A DNA stretch of 52,626 nt from Deltaproteobacteria bacterium (lineage in GTDB: Bacteria > Desulfobacterota > GWC2-55-46 > UBA9637). Below, one piece after another: positions 37,673 to 47,111 of this stretch. The stretch lies in assembly GCA_016195725.1 (NCBI GenBank), contig JACPZB010000018.1, positions 1 to 52,626 of the forward strand, given 5' to 3'. A program made the position numbers and the translations under genes. The notes under the pieces were generated by a model that worked only from the letters and a program-made list of their open reading frames with translations, did not search any database and was not told the origin of the DNA. Numbering within the stretch: position 1 is the first letter of the stretch; each line of letters starts with the position of its first letter.

Positions 37673-39313
37673 TTAATAAGTATCAGTCATTGTATTGTAT
37701 ACATTAAAGTGACCAGTCGGGGTTACAAGCCAGTCTGCCTTGATCCTTGTCTTTTCCTTTAGTGTCTTGTCATCATAGATTACAAGCTCGCCTACCTTGT
37801 CCCATACAGCTATCCATACTTCATCGCCTGCCTTGTTATATTCAAAATGAACCACCCTGCCGTGGTCAGCCACCTGCCAACACTGGGGTTTCTCATTGGG
37901 GCTGTCCTTACCAAAGGCGCAGACACTGGTGCGAATCTTTTCATCCGGATTCAATGTATGGTCAACCCACACATGTTTTGCCTTTGGATGGGTCTTCACA
38001 AACAGACTGCCGCCGCCGAGGGTTTCTATCTTTCTCACAACCTTCCATGCGTTTTTAGGATGCCCCTTTGGGTCGCTGCCCCATACGGCGACTAATCCTT
38101 CTCCCAGATGGGGTGTTGCACTAACTGGCCCAAATTCAGGGTCCGTCCAATTTGCGCCTCTGCCAGGATGGGGTTTGTTGCCTACCTCAAACTGGGCAAC
38201 CTGTTTTTTCGTCTCGCTGTCAACAACCACCATCTTGTTTCTCATGTTGGCCGCCATCATGATATATCTCTTGCTGGCATCCCAGCCGCCGTCGTGCATG
38301 AATCGCTCTGTTTCTATCTGCGTTATCTTCAGGTTCTTTATATCAGTATAATCAATTGCCCATATATACCCTGACTCTTTAACATTTATTATCCATTCAG
38401 GGTCATGATGAGCGGAAATAATAGCCGCCACCCTCGGCTCCGGATGATATTCACCGGTATCATAAGTATATGACCTCGTGCTTACAACCTTCTTGGGCTC
38501 CAGCGTTTGCCCGTCAAGGATTACGAAATGCGGCGGCCAATAGCACCCTATGATAGCGAGCTTATCTTCAAAATTCCCCTTCTTCCCTTTATATTTGCTG
38601 CTATCTATGCTTCTTGCCTCAGTGCAGGTCTTTACCTCTGCCACCTTATCAGGCTTAGCCATCCATAAATCAATCATGGTTGCCTTGCCATCCCTGCCTA
38701 TAGAGTAAAAATACCTGCCTGAAGCAGATGACCGCAAGATATGGACTGCAAAGCCAGTATCTACAATAGATATAACTTCTTTGCTATCTCCGTCAAGTAT
38801 GGCCACCTTGCCAGCATCCCTCAAAACAACGCCAAAGAAGTTCTGCCAGTTTTTGTTGTGTTCCGGTTTCTTGGGCCTTTGAGCCTCAGGGACTATAAGC
38901 TTCCAGCTCTCCTTCATCTCTGCCAGCGAAAACTCAGGCGGGACAGGAGGAGCCTCCTGGAGGAATCTTGCAAGGATATCTATTTCCTCTTCAGATAGAA
39001 TATTATTCCAGCTCGGCATTCCGCCGCCGGTTCCATTGGTAATGAATGCCTTGATTATGTTTGTATCGTAATTCTTCTGTTTTAGATTTACATCTGTAAT
39101 GTTAGGTCCTGTAGCGCCCTTTCTAAGTGTTCCGTGGCAGCCGGCGCATCTATTGAAAAACAGGCCTTTTGCCTTCGCAAGCTCCTCAGGCGTCAAGTCA
39201 GGACTGGCATTGACCTTACAAGGAAACCCTATAGCCATAAGAATAGTTAGGGCTACTGGTAAAGCCATTCTTTCCATTGCAGAAACTGCATTTCTTTTAA
39301 ATTGGACTAACAT
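37673..39313 (-). CDS. nirS: Cytochrome cd1 nitrite reductase
   Basis: RCAGCHGTLRKGATG, LRDAG, GFAVH, YHPEPRVAAI, HDGGWD, PHPGRGAN and TPTGHFN. Confidence 0.97.
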   Translation of the reverse strand: MLVQFKRNAVSAMERMALPVALTILMAIGFPCKVNASPDLTPEELAKAKGLFFNRCAGCHGTLRKGATGPNITDVNLKQKNYDTNIIKAFITNGTGGGMPSWNNILSEEEIDILARFLQEAPPVPPEFSLAEMKESWKLIVPEAQRPKKPEHNKNWQNFFGVVLRDAGKVAILDGDSKEVISIVDTGFAVHILRSSASGRYFYSIGRDGKATMIDLWMAKPDKVAEVKTCTEARSIDSSKYKGKKGNFEDKLAIIGCYWPPHFVILDGQTLEPKKVVSTRSYTYDTGEYHPEPRVAAIISAHHDPEWIINVKESGYIWAIDYTDIKNLKITQIETERFMHDGGWDASKRYIMMAANMRNKMVVVDSETKKQVAQFEVGNKPHPGRGANWTDPEFGPVSATPHLGEGLVAVWGSDPKGHPKNAWKVVRKIETLGGGSLFVKTHPKAKHVWVDHTLNPDEKIRTSVCAFGKDSPNEKPQCWQVADHGRVVHFEYNKAGDEVWIAVWDKVGELVIYDDKTLKEKTRIKADWLVTPTGHFNVYNTMTDTY

Positions 39314-39368
39314 CTGCTTAACCTCCTTTTTTGTGGTTTGTTTCTGATACCTGTTCTCTTAATATTAA

Positions 39369-39480
39369 AGTAAACTCCCACCTCCTGCCCTAAAGGGCAG
39401 GGCCTTTCTGAGGAATCGATTTTCAATTGACCATCCACCCTCGGTTTTCAAACCGAGGCTTTCTGGGTATGGGAGTAAAC
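39369..39480. mobile_element. IS200/IS605-type non-autonomous element (two hairpins, no transposase)
   Basis: Hairpins cctgccctaaagggcagg and cctcggttttcaaaccgagg, each preceded by ccacc and followed by ctttctg; agtaaac at both boundaries. Confidence 0.65.
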
Positions 39481-39514
39481 CCTATTATTATTATTATCAT
39501 TCACCTCCTTTTCT

Positions 39515-39895
39515 TTAACTCTCCCTTAAAAGTTTTTGGCTTATCTGATAGGCAAGAGGATTTTTTTCCAGAAGATATTTTATCCTCCACGCTGTTTTGT
39601 AAGTAACGTGCAGTTTATTTTTAATGTCCATAGCTGACGAACCCTTTGTCCAGAGTATAATGGCGTCAAACCATTTATGAAGAGACAATCTGCTGCCGTG
39701 AAATACAGTCATTGATGTATCAGAAAAGGTATACCTGCAATGAGAGCAGTAATATCGCTTGCGTTCAGGAAAGACCCTTATATGCCCTACCTTGATAACA
39801 GGCCCGCTCCTGCATTTAGGACATTTTACCCCTTCGGGCCAACGAATCATTCTTAAAAGTTCAACACACTGATTTTCAATAGAATCTCTTCCCAT
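39515..39895 (-). CDS. IS1595-type transposase N-terminal module only (Zn ribbon + HTH, no DDE domain)
   Basis: RWPEGVKCPKC, YYCSHCRYTFS, TVFHGSRLSLHKWF and VTYKTAWRI, followed by a stop. Confidence 0.8.
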   Translation of the reverse strand: MGRDSIENQCVELLRMIRWPEGVKCPKCRSGPVIKVGHIRVFPERKRYYCSHCRYTFSDTSMTVFHGSRLSLHKWFDAIILWTKGSSAMDIKNKLHVTYKTAWRIKYLLEKNPLAYQISQKLLRES

Positions 39896-39962
39896 ATCTT
39901 CATGAAGGGGATAACTATTTTGCTATCTTTACTATAACAAAGCACTGTCTTTTCTATAATAA

Positions 39963-39978
39963 AGCAATAACTATGCCA
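39963..39978 (-). promoter_or_regulatory. sigma54 -24/-12 promoter for the nir operon
   Basis: TGGCAT-AGTTA-TTGCT (GG-N10-GC). Confidence 0.8.
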
Positions 39979-40064
39979 TCCCCCTTATGAAGTAAAAATA
40001 GACTGAAGAGGCTGATTTTTCGTATAAAATAGTTTAAGTATCGTCGTGACACAACCATTAGAAG

Positions 40065-40099
40065 TGGCGTAAAATAGCCATTTCGGCGGTAATACGCCA
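40065..40099. promoter_or_regulatory. Putative tandem enhancer (UAS) sites for a sigma54 activator
   Basis: TGGCGTAAAATAGCCA and CGGCGGTAATACGCCA lie ~90-120 bp upstream of the -24; a related pair sits at 41130-41168. Confidence 0.65.
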
Positions 40100-40131
40100 C
40101 CAATGAAAAAACCTAATTTTCTTCAGATTAG

Positions 40132-40404
40132 AAAATTGACCGTGCGATTGAGTATGAAAATGGGGCCGAAGTCCTCGATTTAAGCGGACCTGAAAAGAAG
40201 GATGTCAGCTTCAGTCTTACCAAGGATGCTAAGTGGACAATATGTCTCTCTGGACAGTGTGCTGAAAAAACAGGGAGTGAAGGGTTCAGCATGGTCAATG
40301 AATATGCAGCCTTTGAAGCGTATGTCATTACGCCCAAAGGCTGCAACATAATCCTATATCAATCAGGAAATTCAATAATAGACCTAAGGGTCAACCTCTG
40401 CTAA
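40132..40404 (+). pseudogene. Startless 90-codon frame, probable 5'-truncated gene
   Basis: KIDRAIEYENGAEVLDLSG...WTICLSGQC...IIDLRVNLC*, preceded by an in-frame TAG. Confidence 0.45.
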
Positions 40405-40952
40405 TTGCCGTCAGCAAAAGCAAGGGCATTTATCCTTTTCTCTAAATATGACGACAATTGCCCTGCTGCGTTAACCCTTATCTTAGCAAGAACCCTCAAA
40501 GAAGCCGCTGGATCATAACCAGCGGCCTTCATAATCTTTAGACTATATTCATCAGCTTCCATCTCTTGACGCAAACTGTCAGGAAAATAAATATCTGTGG
40601 AAATACCTAATATCTCTGAACCGCTCTTATAATGTTTACTGACCATATGGGACAACTCATGGCCTATGATAAAGGCCATCTCCGCATCATCTTCAAAAAA
40701 ATTCATAAGACCAGTAGTTATGACTATGTGACCCGCGGGATGAAGATATGCATCTATCTTACTCGAATCTTCCACACAAATCTTGATGCCGTACCCTGTG
40801 ATGTTCGTCAAATTGTTTGCTATTGCCTGCAGTCTTGCAGTATCCATGCAATAAGCCGATTGGAATCCGAAAAAGATAGCTATGAATAAGCAGCACGATA
40901 TTACAACTCTGCTGATACCCTTCTCTAAATATCCTAATACATTCTTCCTCAT
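40401..40952 (-). CDS. M48 family metallopeptidase, secreted
   Basis: IVITTGL, EMAFIIGHELSH, EMEAD and AGYDP. Confidence 0.88.
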   Translation of the reverse strand: MRKNVLGYLEKGISRVVISCCLFIAIFFGFQSAYCMDTARLQAIANNLTNITGYGIKICVEDSSKIDAYLHPAGHIVITTGLMNFFEDDAEMAFIIGHELSHMVSKHYKSGSEILGISTDIYFPDSLRQEMEADEYSLKIMKAAGYDPAASLRVLAKIRVNAAGQLSSYLEKRINALAFADGN

Positions 40953-41129
40953 GCCTCTAATTATCCCGCAACAACTGTGACAAGCTATTCAGAATGCATG
41001 ATTAAGTTCCAATTTCAAAAGCCAACAGACAAAAAGCCTAACCATTTCTGGCTCATAGGTTAAGCCTCATCTTTATATTTTCATGCTTTTCTGTATATTC
41101 AGGAGAGAGTTAAGAAGATTGGATTAGGT

Positions 41130-41168
41130 TGGCGTAGAAAGGCCAGATTTGGCGGCAGAACACCGCCA
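41130..41168. promoter_or_regulatory. Second putative UAS pair
   Basis: TGGCGTAGAAAGGCCA (13/16 identical to the 40065 site) plus TGGCGGcagaacaCCGCCA. Confidence 0.6.
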
Positions 41169-41213
41169 GTCTTTGGCAATACTTTGCTGACAGTATATTA
41201 AAAAGATAGGATT

Positions 41214-42611
41214 TTAAGCTTTGCTGCTACTGAGTGCTTGGGCAGGTTCTAATGCAATGCCATATTTTTCAACTTTATCCCTCAAGGTTTCTCTTTTCAT
41301 CTTGAGTATCCTGGCAGCCTCGCTCTTATTCCAGCCAGCCTTTTCAAGGGCCAGTATAAGAAGCCTCTTTTCCATATCCGTAATCATTTCCTCAAATGAA
41401 GCAGCCTCTCTCATAATGTCTATCAGATGCCTGTCGCACATCTTTTCAGGCGATGCTATAAGAAAATCAGGCAGATCCTGAATTCTAACATCGTTTGATC
41501 TTGCAAGTGTCACAACCCTTTCTACTACATTTTCCAGTTCCCTAACATTACCAGGCCAATCGTAATCTATCAGCACCTTCATGGCTTCAGGGCAAAAGGC
41601 TTTCTTATCTCCTTTTGAGCAATATTTATTAAGAAGATGTCCAACAATAAACGGGATATCCTCTTTTCTGTCTCTTAACGAAGGAAGATTTATAGGAACT
41701 ATGTTTAAACGATAGTATAAATCTTCCCTGAACTTGCCTTGATTTACCAGTTTCAGAAGGTCAATCTTCGTGGCGCATGTGATGCGAATATCTATTTTTA
41801 TGGTCTTGACTCCGCCTACTCTCTCTATCTCTCTTTCTTGCAGAACTCTCAACAGTTTTGTCTGTATTGACAGAGGGATATCATCAATATCATCAAGAAA
41901 GATGCTGCCGCCGTTTGCCAGCTCAAATCTGCCTTTTCTTTCCTTAACAGCACCGGTAAAAGCGCCCCTCTCATGACCAAAGAGCTCGCTTTCCAGTAAA
42001 GTCTCGGTAAGGGCTACGCAGCTAAATTTTATAAATGGCTTATCCTTCCTTGGGCTGTTGTAATGGATGGCATTTGCAATAAGTTCCTTTCCTGTGCCGC
42101 TTTCTCCGATAATAAGCACTGTTGCGTCACACGGGGCAACGATCCCAATCAGCTCATAAATATCTTTCATCTTCTTGCTTTTCCCGACTATATTGCTGAA
42201 GCTGTATCTTTCTGTTATCTCCTGTTTAAGTTTTATATTTTCTTCAACAAGGAGACTGAGGTCTTTGAGTCTCTCAAGGATAAGGATTAACTCCTCAGAC
42301 GAGAAAGGCTTTGTTATGTAGTCGTATGCGCCCAGCTTCATTGCCTTTATTGCCGTATCTACTGTTGCATATGCTGTCATTACAATAACAGCGATAGCTG
42401 GCTTTAAAGACTTTGCCTTCTCTAAAAAGTCCAGGCCGTTCATATGAGGAAGTCGTATGTCAGTAACGACAACATCAAATTCTTTCTCCTTAAAGATATT
42501 TAAGGCCTCAACAGGATTTTCAATGGCCAGGACGTCATAACCTTGCTTTATAAGTGCATCTGTCAGGGTTATTCTCTTTATCTTTTCATCCTCTACAATA
42601 AGCACCTTCAC
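41214..42611 (-). CDS. NtrC-family sigma54-dependent response regulator
   Basis: REC domain, GESGTGKE, GAFTGA, FREDLYYRL, WPGNVREL and a C-terminal HTH. Confidence 0.96.
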   Translation of the reverse strand: MKVLIVEDEKIKRITLTDALIKQGYDVLAIENPVEALNIFKEKEFDVVVTDIRLPHMNGLDFLEKAKSLKPAIAVIVMTAYATVDTAIKAMKLGAYDYITKPFSSEELILILERLKDLSLLVEENIKLKQEITERYSFSNIVGKSKKMKDIYELIGIVAPCDATVLIIGESGTGKELIANAIHYNSPRKDKPFIKFSCVALTETLLESELFGHERGAFTGAVKERKGRFELANGGSIFLDDIDDIPLSIQTKLLRVLQEREIERVGGVKTIKIDIRITCATKIDLLKLVNQGKFREDLYYRLNIVPINLPSLRDRKEDIPFIVGHLLNKYCSKGDKKAFCPEAMKVLIDYDWPGNVRELENVVERVVTLARSNDVRIQDLPDFLIASPEKMCDRHLIDIMREAASFEEMITDMEKRLLILALEKAGWNKSEAARILKMKRETLRDKVEKYGIALEPAQALSSSKA

Positions 42612-42687
42612 GCCGTTATACCTCCTTTTACCCTCTTGACCCTTAAATTCATGATGAAAATAATTAGTTCGTTAGGTCTAAGGGTGT

Positions 42688-44052
42688 TTATATACGGTGC
42701 GTTGCCTCCATAATATTTGATCTCTCCTGATCCTTAATAGCTACTGGTATGGTTATGCTAAAGATAGAGCCTATGCCTACTTCACTATAAACATTTATGG
42801 TTCCATGATGTTTTCTCACAATATCCAGACTGACAGGCAGACCAAGGCCAGTCCCTTCTCCTAATGGTTTGGTTGTATAAAACGGCTGGAATATATTGGC
42901 CAACTCCTCCTGCGGTATGCCGACACCCGTATCAATTATCTTTATATCCACAAAATTACCTATACCTCTCACCTCTATGGTAAGTCTGCCGCCTTTTGGC
43001 ATAGCATCTATTGCATTAAGGATAATATTAAAGAAAACTTCCTGCAGTTGGTGCGGATCCCCCAGTATATGAGGAAGGTCGTCTTCAAACTCCGTATCAA
43101 CGTGTATACCAGTCTTCTGAAGTTTATACTCAGCCATAATAATCGTCCTTTGCAGAATACTGGTTACATCAACCTTTTCTAATGTAGGCTCGTGCCTTTT
43201 TGCATAATCCAGAAGATTTCTGACTGCATTCTCAATATCGCATATTGCCTCGCCCATCAACTCAATATATTTCTTCTTCAGTTGAGTGTCTTCTGAATCC
43301 CTCTCGATGACCGCAAGACAGTTCTTGATGCCATCGAGAGGATTATTTATCTCATGGGCAAGTTCTGCTGACAGCCTTCCAATGGATGCAAGCTTTTCCG
43401 ATTGTTCAACTTGGGTTTTCACATCTTGAAGATTTTTATATGCGCTCTCTAAATCCTTTTGCAGCGCATTTAATCTCAACTGGGTTTTTACAAGTTCATC
43501 CCTGTCGTACCTCTCCTTTTCGGCAATAAAACCGAGGAAACCTGCTATGATAAATATTACAGCTATTCTAAATAAAAGGTCTGTCCAATGCAGGATCCCC
43601 CACTGATCATACACTGCCACAAAATATACAAACGAAGCAACAGCAGCAAGGGCAACACCTCTGTAAAACCCATAATAGAATGAATGAAGTGCCACCAGCG
43701 GATAGATAACAAGAAAAACAATGCTGTTCAAGCCGCCTGACAGCTTTATGGATAGCCCTGTAAATATTAAATCCAAACTCAAGCATACAAGATATATGGT
43801 TTCTACTTTTTGGGGCCAGATTAGGATAAGTGCGTGGATAATGAGACTGTAAACAATAAAAATAAGGAATAGAGTCAGAAGCCATAGCTTAAGGGCAGCT
43901 GGATATGGATGGAATATAAGCCAGACCCCTCCCCCCGCCACAACAATGCCCCTCATGAGCATGAAGGCATAATCAACGATAGTCAATCCTTCCCTACTTC
44001 GCCCCGTAATCCTGCCCATCTGCAGAAGAGATGAAACTTTTGAGGTGTCCAT
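42688..44052 (-). CDS. Membrane sensor histidine kinase
   Basis: Multi-TM N-terminus, LAHEINNPL, NAIDAM, DTGVGI and GTGLGL. Confidence 0.95.
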   Translation of the reverse strand: MDTSKVSSLLQMGRITGRSREGLTIVDYAFMLMRGIVVAGGGVWLIFHPYPAALKLWLLTLFLIFIVYSLIIHALILIWPQKVETIYLVCLSLDLIFTGLSIKLSGGLNSIVFLVIYPLVALHSFYYGFYRGVALAAVASFVYFVAVYDQWGILHWTDLLFRIAVIFIIAGFLGFIAEKERYDRDELVKTQLRLNALQKDLESAYKNLQDVKTQVEQSEKLASIGRLSAELAHEINNPLDGIKNCLAVIERDSEDTQLKKKYIELMGEAICDIENAVRNLLDYAKRHEPTLEKVDVTSILQRTIIMAEYKLQKTGIHVDTEFEDDLPHILGDPHQLQEVFFNIILNAIDAMPKGGRLTIEVRGIGNFVDIKIIDTGVGIPQEELANIFQPFYTTKPLGEGTGLGLPVSLDIVRKHHGTINVYSEVGIGSIFSITIPVAIKDQERSNIMEATHRI

Positions 44053-44114
44053 CAGATTATCCTTGTTAAAAAATACTACTACATTTTCAGGAGTTTCTCA
44101 ATAATTTATACTCA

Positions 44115-44145
44115 AGGCAAGAGGTGATAGGCTATGGGCCAGAGG
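44115..44145. repeat. One-armed heptamer array (GATAGGC family)
   Basis: aggc-aagaggt-gataggc-tatgggc-cagagg; shares aggcaagaggtgatagg with the 7323 array. Confidence 0.65.
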
Positions 44146-44189
44146 TTTTCCTCTCAAGATTATCCTGTCCCATACCCCTGTGAGTATCA

Positions 44190-44292
44190 AGCAATAGCTC
44201 TCTATCACAGAGGTTGGCATCCTGAGTTCATGGGATGCATCAGATAAAAACTGTCTCTGTCTTAAAAGAAGGCTTGCTCTAATCGTTCCAGA
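44190..44292 (-). pseudogene. Remnant of a histidine kinase H-box
   Basis: LERLEQAF, frameshift, then RQRQFLSDASHELRMPTSVI. Confidence 0.7.
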
Positions 44293-44435
44293 GCAGTAGT
44301 TAAAATATATATTCTTATACGAATATGACTTGCTGTATTATTTTTTTGACAAATCAGGCTTGACCTGTTAAACTTTTCTCCTCATGGAGAATAGCAAAAT
44401 GCCATTCTCAAAATAACAACACAAAGGAGAATCAG

Positions 44436-45125
44436 ATGAAGATATTCTGGGCAGCAATTTTGGGCATTGCGCTTTTGACAGAGCAGGCAAGCGCCGCTGA
44501 CAAAACAGCGCTCAAAAATGAAAAGGATAAGGTGAGCTACAGCATCGGTATGCAGATTGGAAGCAGTTTTAAAAATCAATCAATAGATGTTGATGCAGAT
44601 GTGCTTATAAAGGGTATTAAAGACGCCATCTCCGGCGCTAAGCCTTTACTGAGCGAAAGGGAGGTTCAGGAAACCATGACAGCCTTTCAAAACGAAATGA
44701 AGGCAAAACAGGCCGAACGGATGAAGGTCATTGCTGAAAAAAACAAGAAAGAGGGAGAGACATTCCTCGCTGAGAATAAGAAAAAGGGAGGCGTTAAAAA
44801 CACTGCCAGCGGCCTGCAGTATAAAATCGTGAAGGATGGCAACGGCAAAAAACCCACGGCAACAGATACTGTAACCGTGAATTATCGCGGCACATTGATT
44901 GACGGAACGGAATTTGACAGTTCCTATAAGCGCGGAGAGCCAGCAAGCTTTCCTGTAAATCAAGTTATTGCGGCTTGGACAGAGGCATTGCAGTTGATGA
45001 GCGTAGGTTCAAAATGGCAGTTGTTTATTTCTCCTAATCTCGCATACGGTGAACGGGGCATGGGGGCGCAAATCGGACCGAATGCAACCCTCGTATTCGA
45101 GGTTGAACTGCTTTCAATTAAGTAG
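44436..45125 (+). CDS. FKBP-type PPIase (FkpA/Mip-like)
   Basis: SYSIG, TASGLQY, YRGTLIDGTEFDSS and LVFEVELL. Confidence 0.95.
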   Translation: MKIFWAAILGIALLTEQASAADKTALKNEKDKVSYSIGMQIGSSFKNQSIDVDADVLIKGIKDAISGAKPLLSEREVQETMTAFQNEMKAKQAERMKVIAEKNKKEGETFLAENKKKGGVKNTASGLQYKIVKDGNGKKPTATDTVTVNYRGTLIDGTEFDSSYKRGEPASFPVNQVIAAWTEALQLMSVGSKWQLFISPNLAYGERGMGAQIGPNATLVFEVELLSIK

Positions 45126-45130
45126 AATTG

Positions 45131-45173
45131 AAATAACCCCCGCCACTTCTTTAGAGCGGCAGGGGTTATTTTT
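45131..45173 (+). terminator. Rho-independent terminator
   Basis: aaataacccc.gcc / ggc.ggggttattt followed by a T-run. Confidence 0.75.
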
Positions 45174-45308
45174 GGACAGCCTTATTCCCAATCTGCCTAA
45201 AGCCTTTTCAAAGAATAACACTTCCCATGGACAAGGGACGCGCATCTTAATGAATCCTTAATTATCTTGAAAGGTTGACATCAGATGAGGATTTAGTAGA
45301 ATGCTTGC

Positions 45309-46538
45309 ATGCCCCAGCATAACAAGAACAATTTCAACCAGTCTGCTCTTGTGAAACACCTCTTCCTCCCTCTATGGTTCGCCCTTTTAGTTTTGCCCTT
45401 TATGGGGGTAAAAGACGCTGTTCTTCTATCCCTTGCCGTTGCTGCAGGCAGAATGATATTCATTGGCTTTACAAAACTCAGTTGGACAACACGCATCAGA
45501 AAAGCGCTATTATCTGTTTACCAATCCCTCACAAAAAAGATAACAGTAAAAGGCCACAATATCTTATTTATCAATAGCGCTATTCTTGCGCTTCTCATTG
45601 CCCTGCCCCTTTTTCTCAATAACTACTATAGAGATGTTCTAACCCTAACAGGGCTTTATGCAGTTCTGTCCCTTGGTTTGAATATATCTGTTGGCTTAGC
45701 AGGACTTCTGGATTTGGGTTATATTGCATTTTATGCAATCGGCGCATATACATATGCGCTCCTATCAACAAAACTCGGCATCTCTTTCTGGCTTGCCTTG
45801 CCCATAGGCGGTCTCTTTGCATCAGGCATTGGCTTTATACTCGCCATAATCACCCTGAGACTTCGCGGCGACTATCTGGCCATCGTAACACTCGCCTTTA
45901 TTCAGATAGTGCATCTTATCTTGAATAACTGGGACAGCCTCACGGGTGGACCAAATGGAATCCTCGGCATAGCACGGCCGTCCATCACATCCTTCAAATT
46001 CAGTCAGCCAATCCACTTTTATTATCTCGTTCTATGTATTGCGGTTTTAACCACAATTGTAATAAACCGCCTTAATCATTCCAGGGTAGGCAGGGCATGG
46101 ATTGCCATGCGGGAAGATGAGATTGCAGCAGAGGCCATGGGCATAGATACGACAAAGATGAAATGCCTCGCCTTTTCCCTCGGTGCATTTTGGGCGGGTA
46201 TTGCAGGCGTTTTCTTTGCAGGCAAATTCGCCTTTGTATCACCTGAAAGTTTTACATTCTTTGAGTCGATCTTTGTTTTGGCAATGGTTGTGCTTGGCGG
46301 CATGGGAAGCATCCCTGGCGCAATCACCGGCGCCGTAATCCTGATTATCCTCCCGGAAATATTGAGAGGCTTTGCAACATACAGGATGCTTATCTTTGGC
46401 GCTGCGCTGGTTGCTATGATGGTCTTCAGGCCGCAGGGGCTTATAGGAAGCCCAAGGCGAAAGATTGAGCTTCATCCAGAAGATGAAAAAAATTATCTTC
46501 AGGAGATGCAGTCGTTATATGAGGTGGAGAAACAATAA
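45309..46538 (+). CDS. livM: Branched-chain amino acid ABC transporter permease
   Basis: GLAGLLDLGY, LRLRGDYLAIVTL, TGGPNG, REDEIAA and VLGGMG. Confidence 0.93.
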   Translation: MPQHNKNNFNQSALVKHLFLPLWFALLVLPFMGVKDAVLLSLAVAAGRMIFIGFTKLSWTTRIRKALLSVYQSLTKKITVKGHNILFINSAILALLIALPLFLNNYYRDVLTLTGLYAVLSLGLNISVGLAGLLDLGYIAFYAIGAYTYALLSTKLGISFWLALPIGGLFASGIGFILAIITLRLRGDYLAIVTLAFIQIVHLILNNWDSLTGGPNGILGIARPSITSFKFSQPIHFYYLVLCIAVLTTIVINRLNHSRVGRAWIAMREDEIAAEAMGIDTTKMKCLAFSLGAFWAGIAGVFFAGKFAFVSPESFTFFESIFVLAMVVLGGMGSIPGAITGAVILIILPEILRGFATYRMLIFGAALVAMMVFRPQGLIGSPRRKIELHPEDEKNYLQEMQSLYEVEKQ

Positions 46539-46567
46539 TATTGCATTTTTTCAGACCTCTCCAACGG

Positions 46568-46603
46568 TTCACCCCCCTCCCGTCCCCCATCAAGGGGGGA
46601 GAG
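46568..46603. repeat. Single REP-like copy related to the pcrA insertion
   Basis: tcacccccctcccgtcccccatcaagggggga resembles tcacc..cccatcaaggga at 31930-31962. Confidence 0.6.
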
Positions 46604-46731
46604 AAAAATGCGTCAACCCTCCATAAACCACCACACCTTTACCCTGCACACCCATACATCGGTGTGAAGGTTTACAGGCATGGCTTTTCCTCATCTTGAC
46701 ATTATCCAATAACTTTGCTAATCATGTGCGC

Positions 46732-47022
46732 ATGGCCCTCAAGTTTGGAAAGGACAAGAAATATTTTATCCCCCTGCTATTATTTGTTGTAATAATTATC
46801 GCACTGACTATATTCGGAGACCGAGGACTTGTCCGAGTTTACAAACTTTCTAAGGAGAGAGATTCCATAAAAAATTACAATGAGAAAATTCAGGCTGAGA
46901 ATAGTTCAATGAGAAATGAGATTGAGCGATTAAAAGCAGATGATAAATATATAGAGATGATAGCCAGAAAAGAGCTGGGAATGATAGGTAAAAATGAAGT
47001 AGTTTACCACTTTAAAAAGTAG
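46732..47022 (+). CDS. ftsB: Septum formation initiator FtsB/DivIC
   Basis: TM, FGDRG, coiled coil and IEMIARKELGM..NEVVY. Confidence 0.9.
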   Translation: MALKFGKDKKYFIPLLLFVVIIIALTIFGDRGLVRVYKLSKERDSIKNYNEKIQAENSSMRNEIERLKADDKYIEMIARKELGMIGKNEVVYHFKK

Positions 47023-47111
47023 GCATCCCAATAAGAAAAATTGCAGAACCTTGCCACATTCGGCATTCATTTGATGCATAAGTTTTCTTTTTCAACTTTG
47101 AGCTTTGACAT

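Noticed and set aside
39515-39895. Active IS1595 element
   Set aside because: No DDE domain, terminal IRs or target duplication are visible.
40995-41011. sigma54 promoter for the M48 gene (TGGAAC..ATGCA)
   Set aside because: GG-to-GC spacing is 11 rather than the required 10; at best degenerate.
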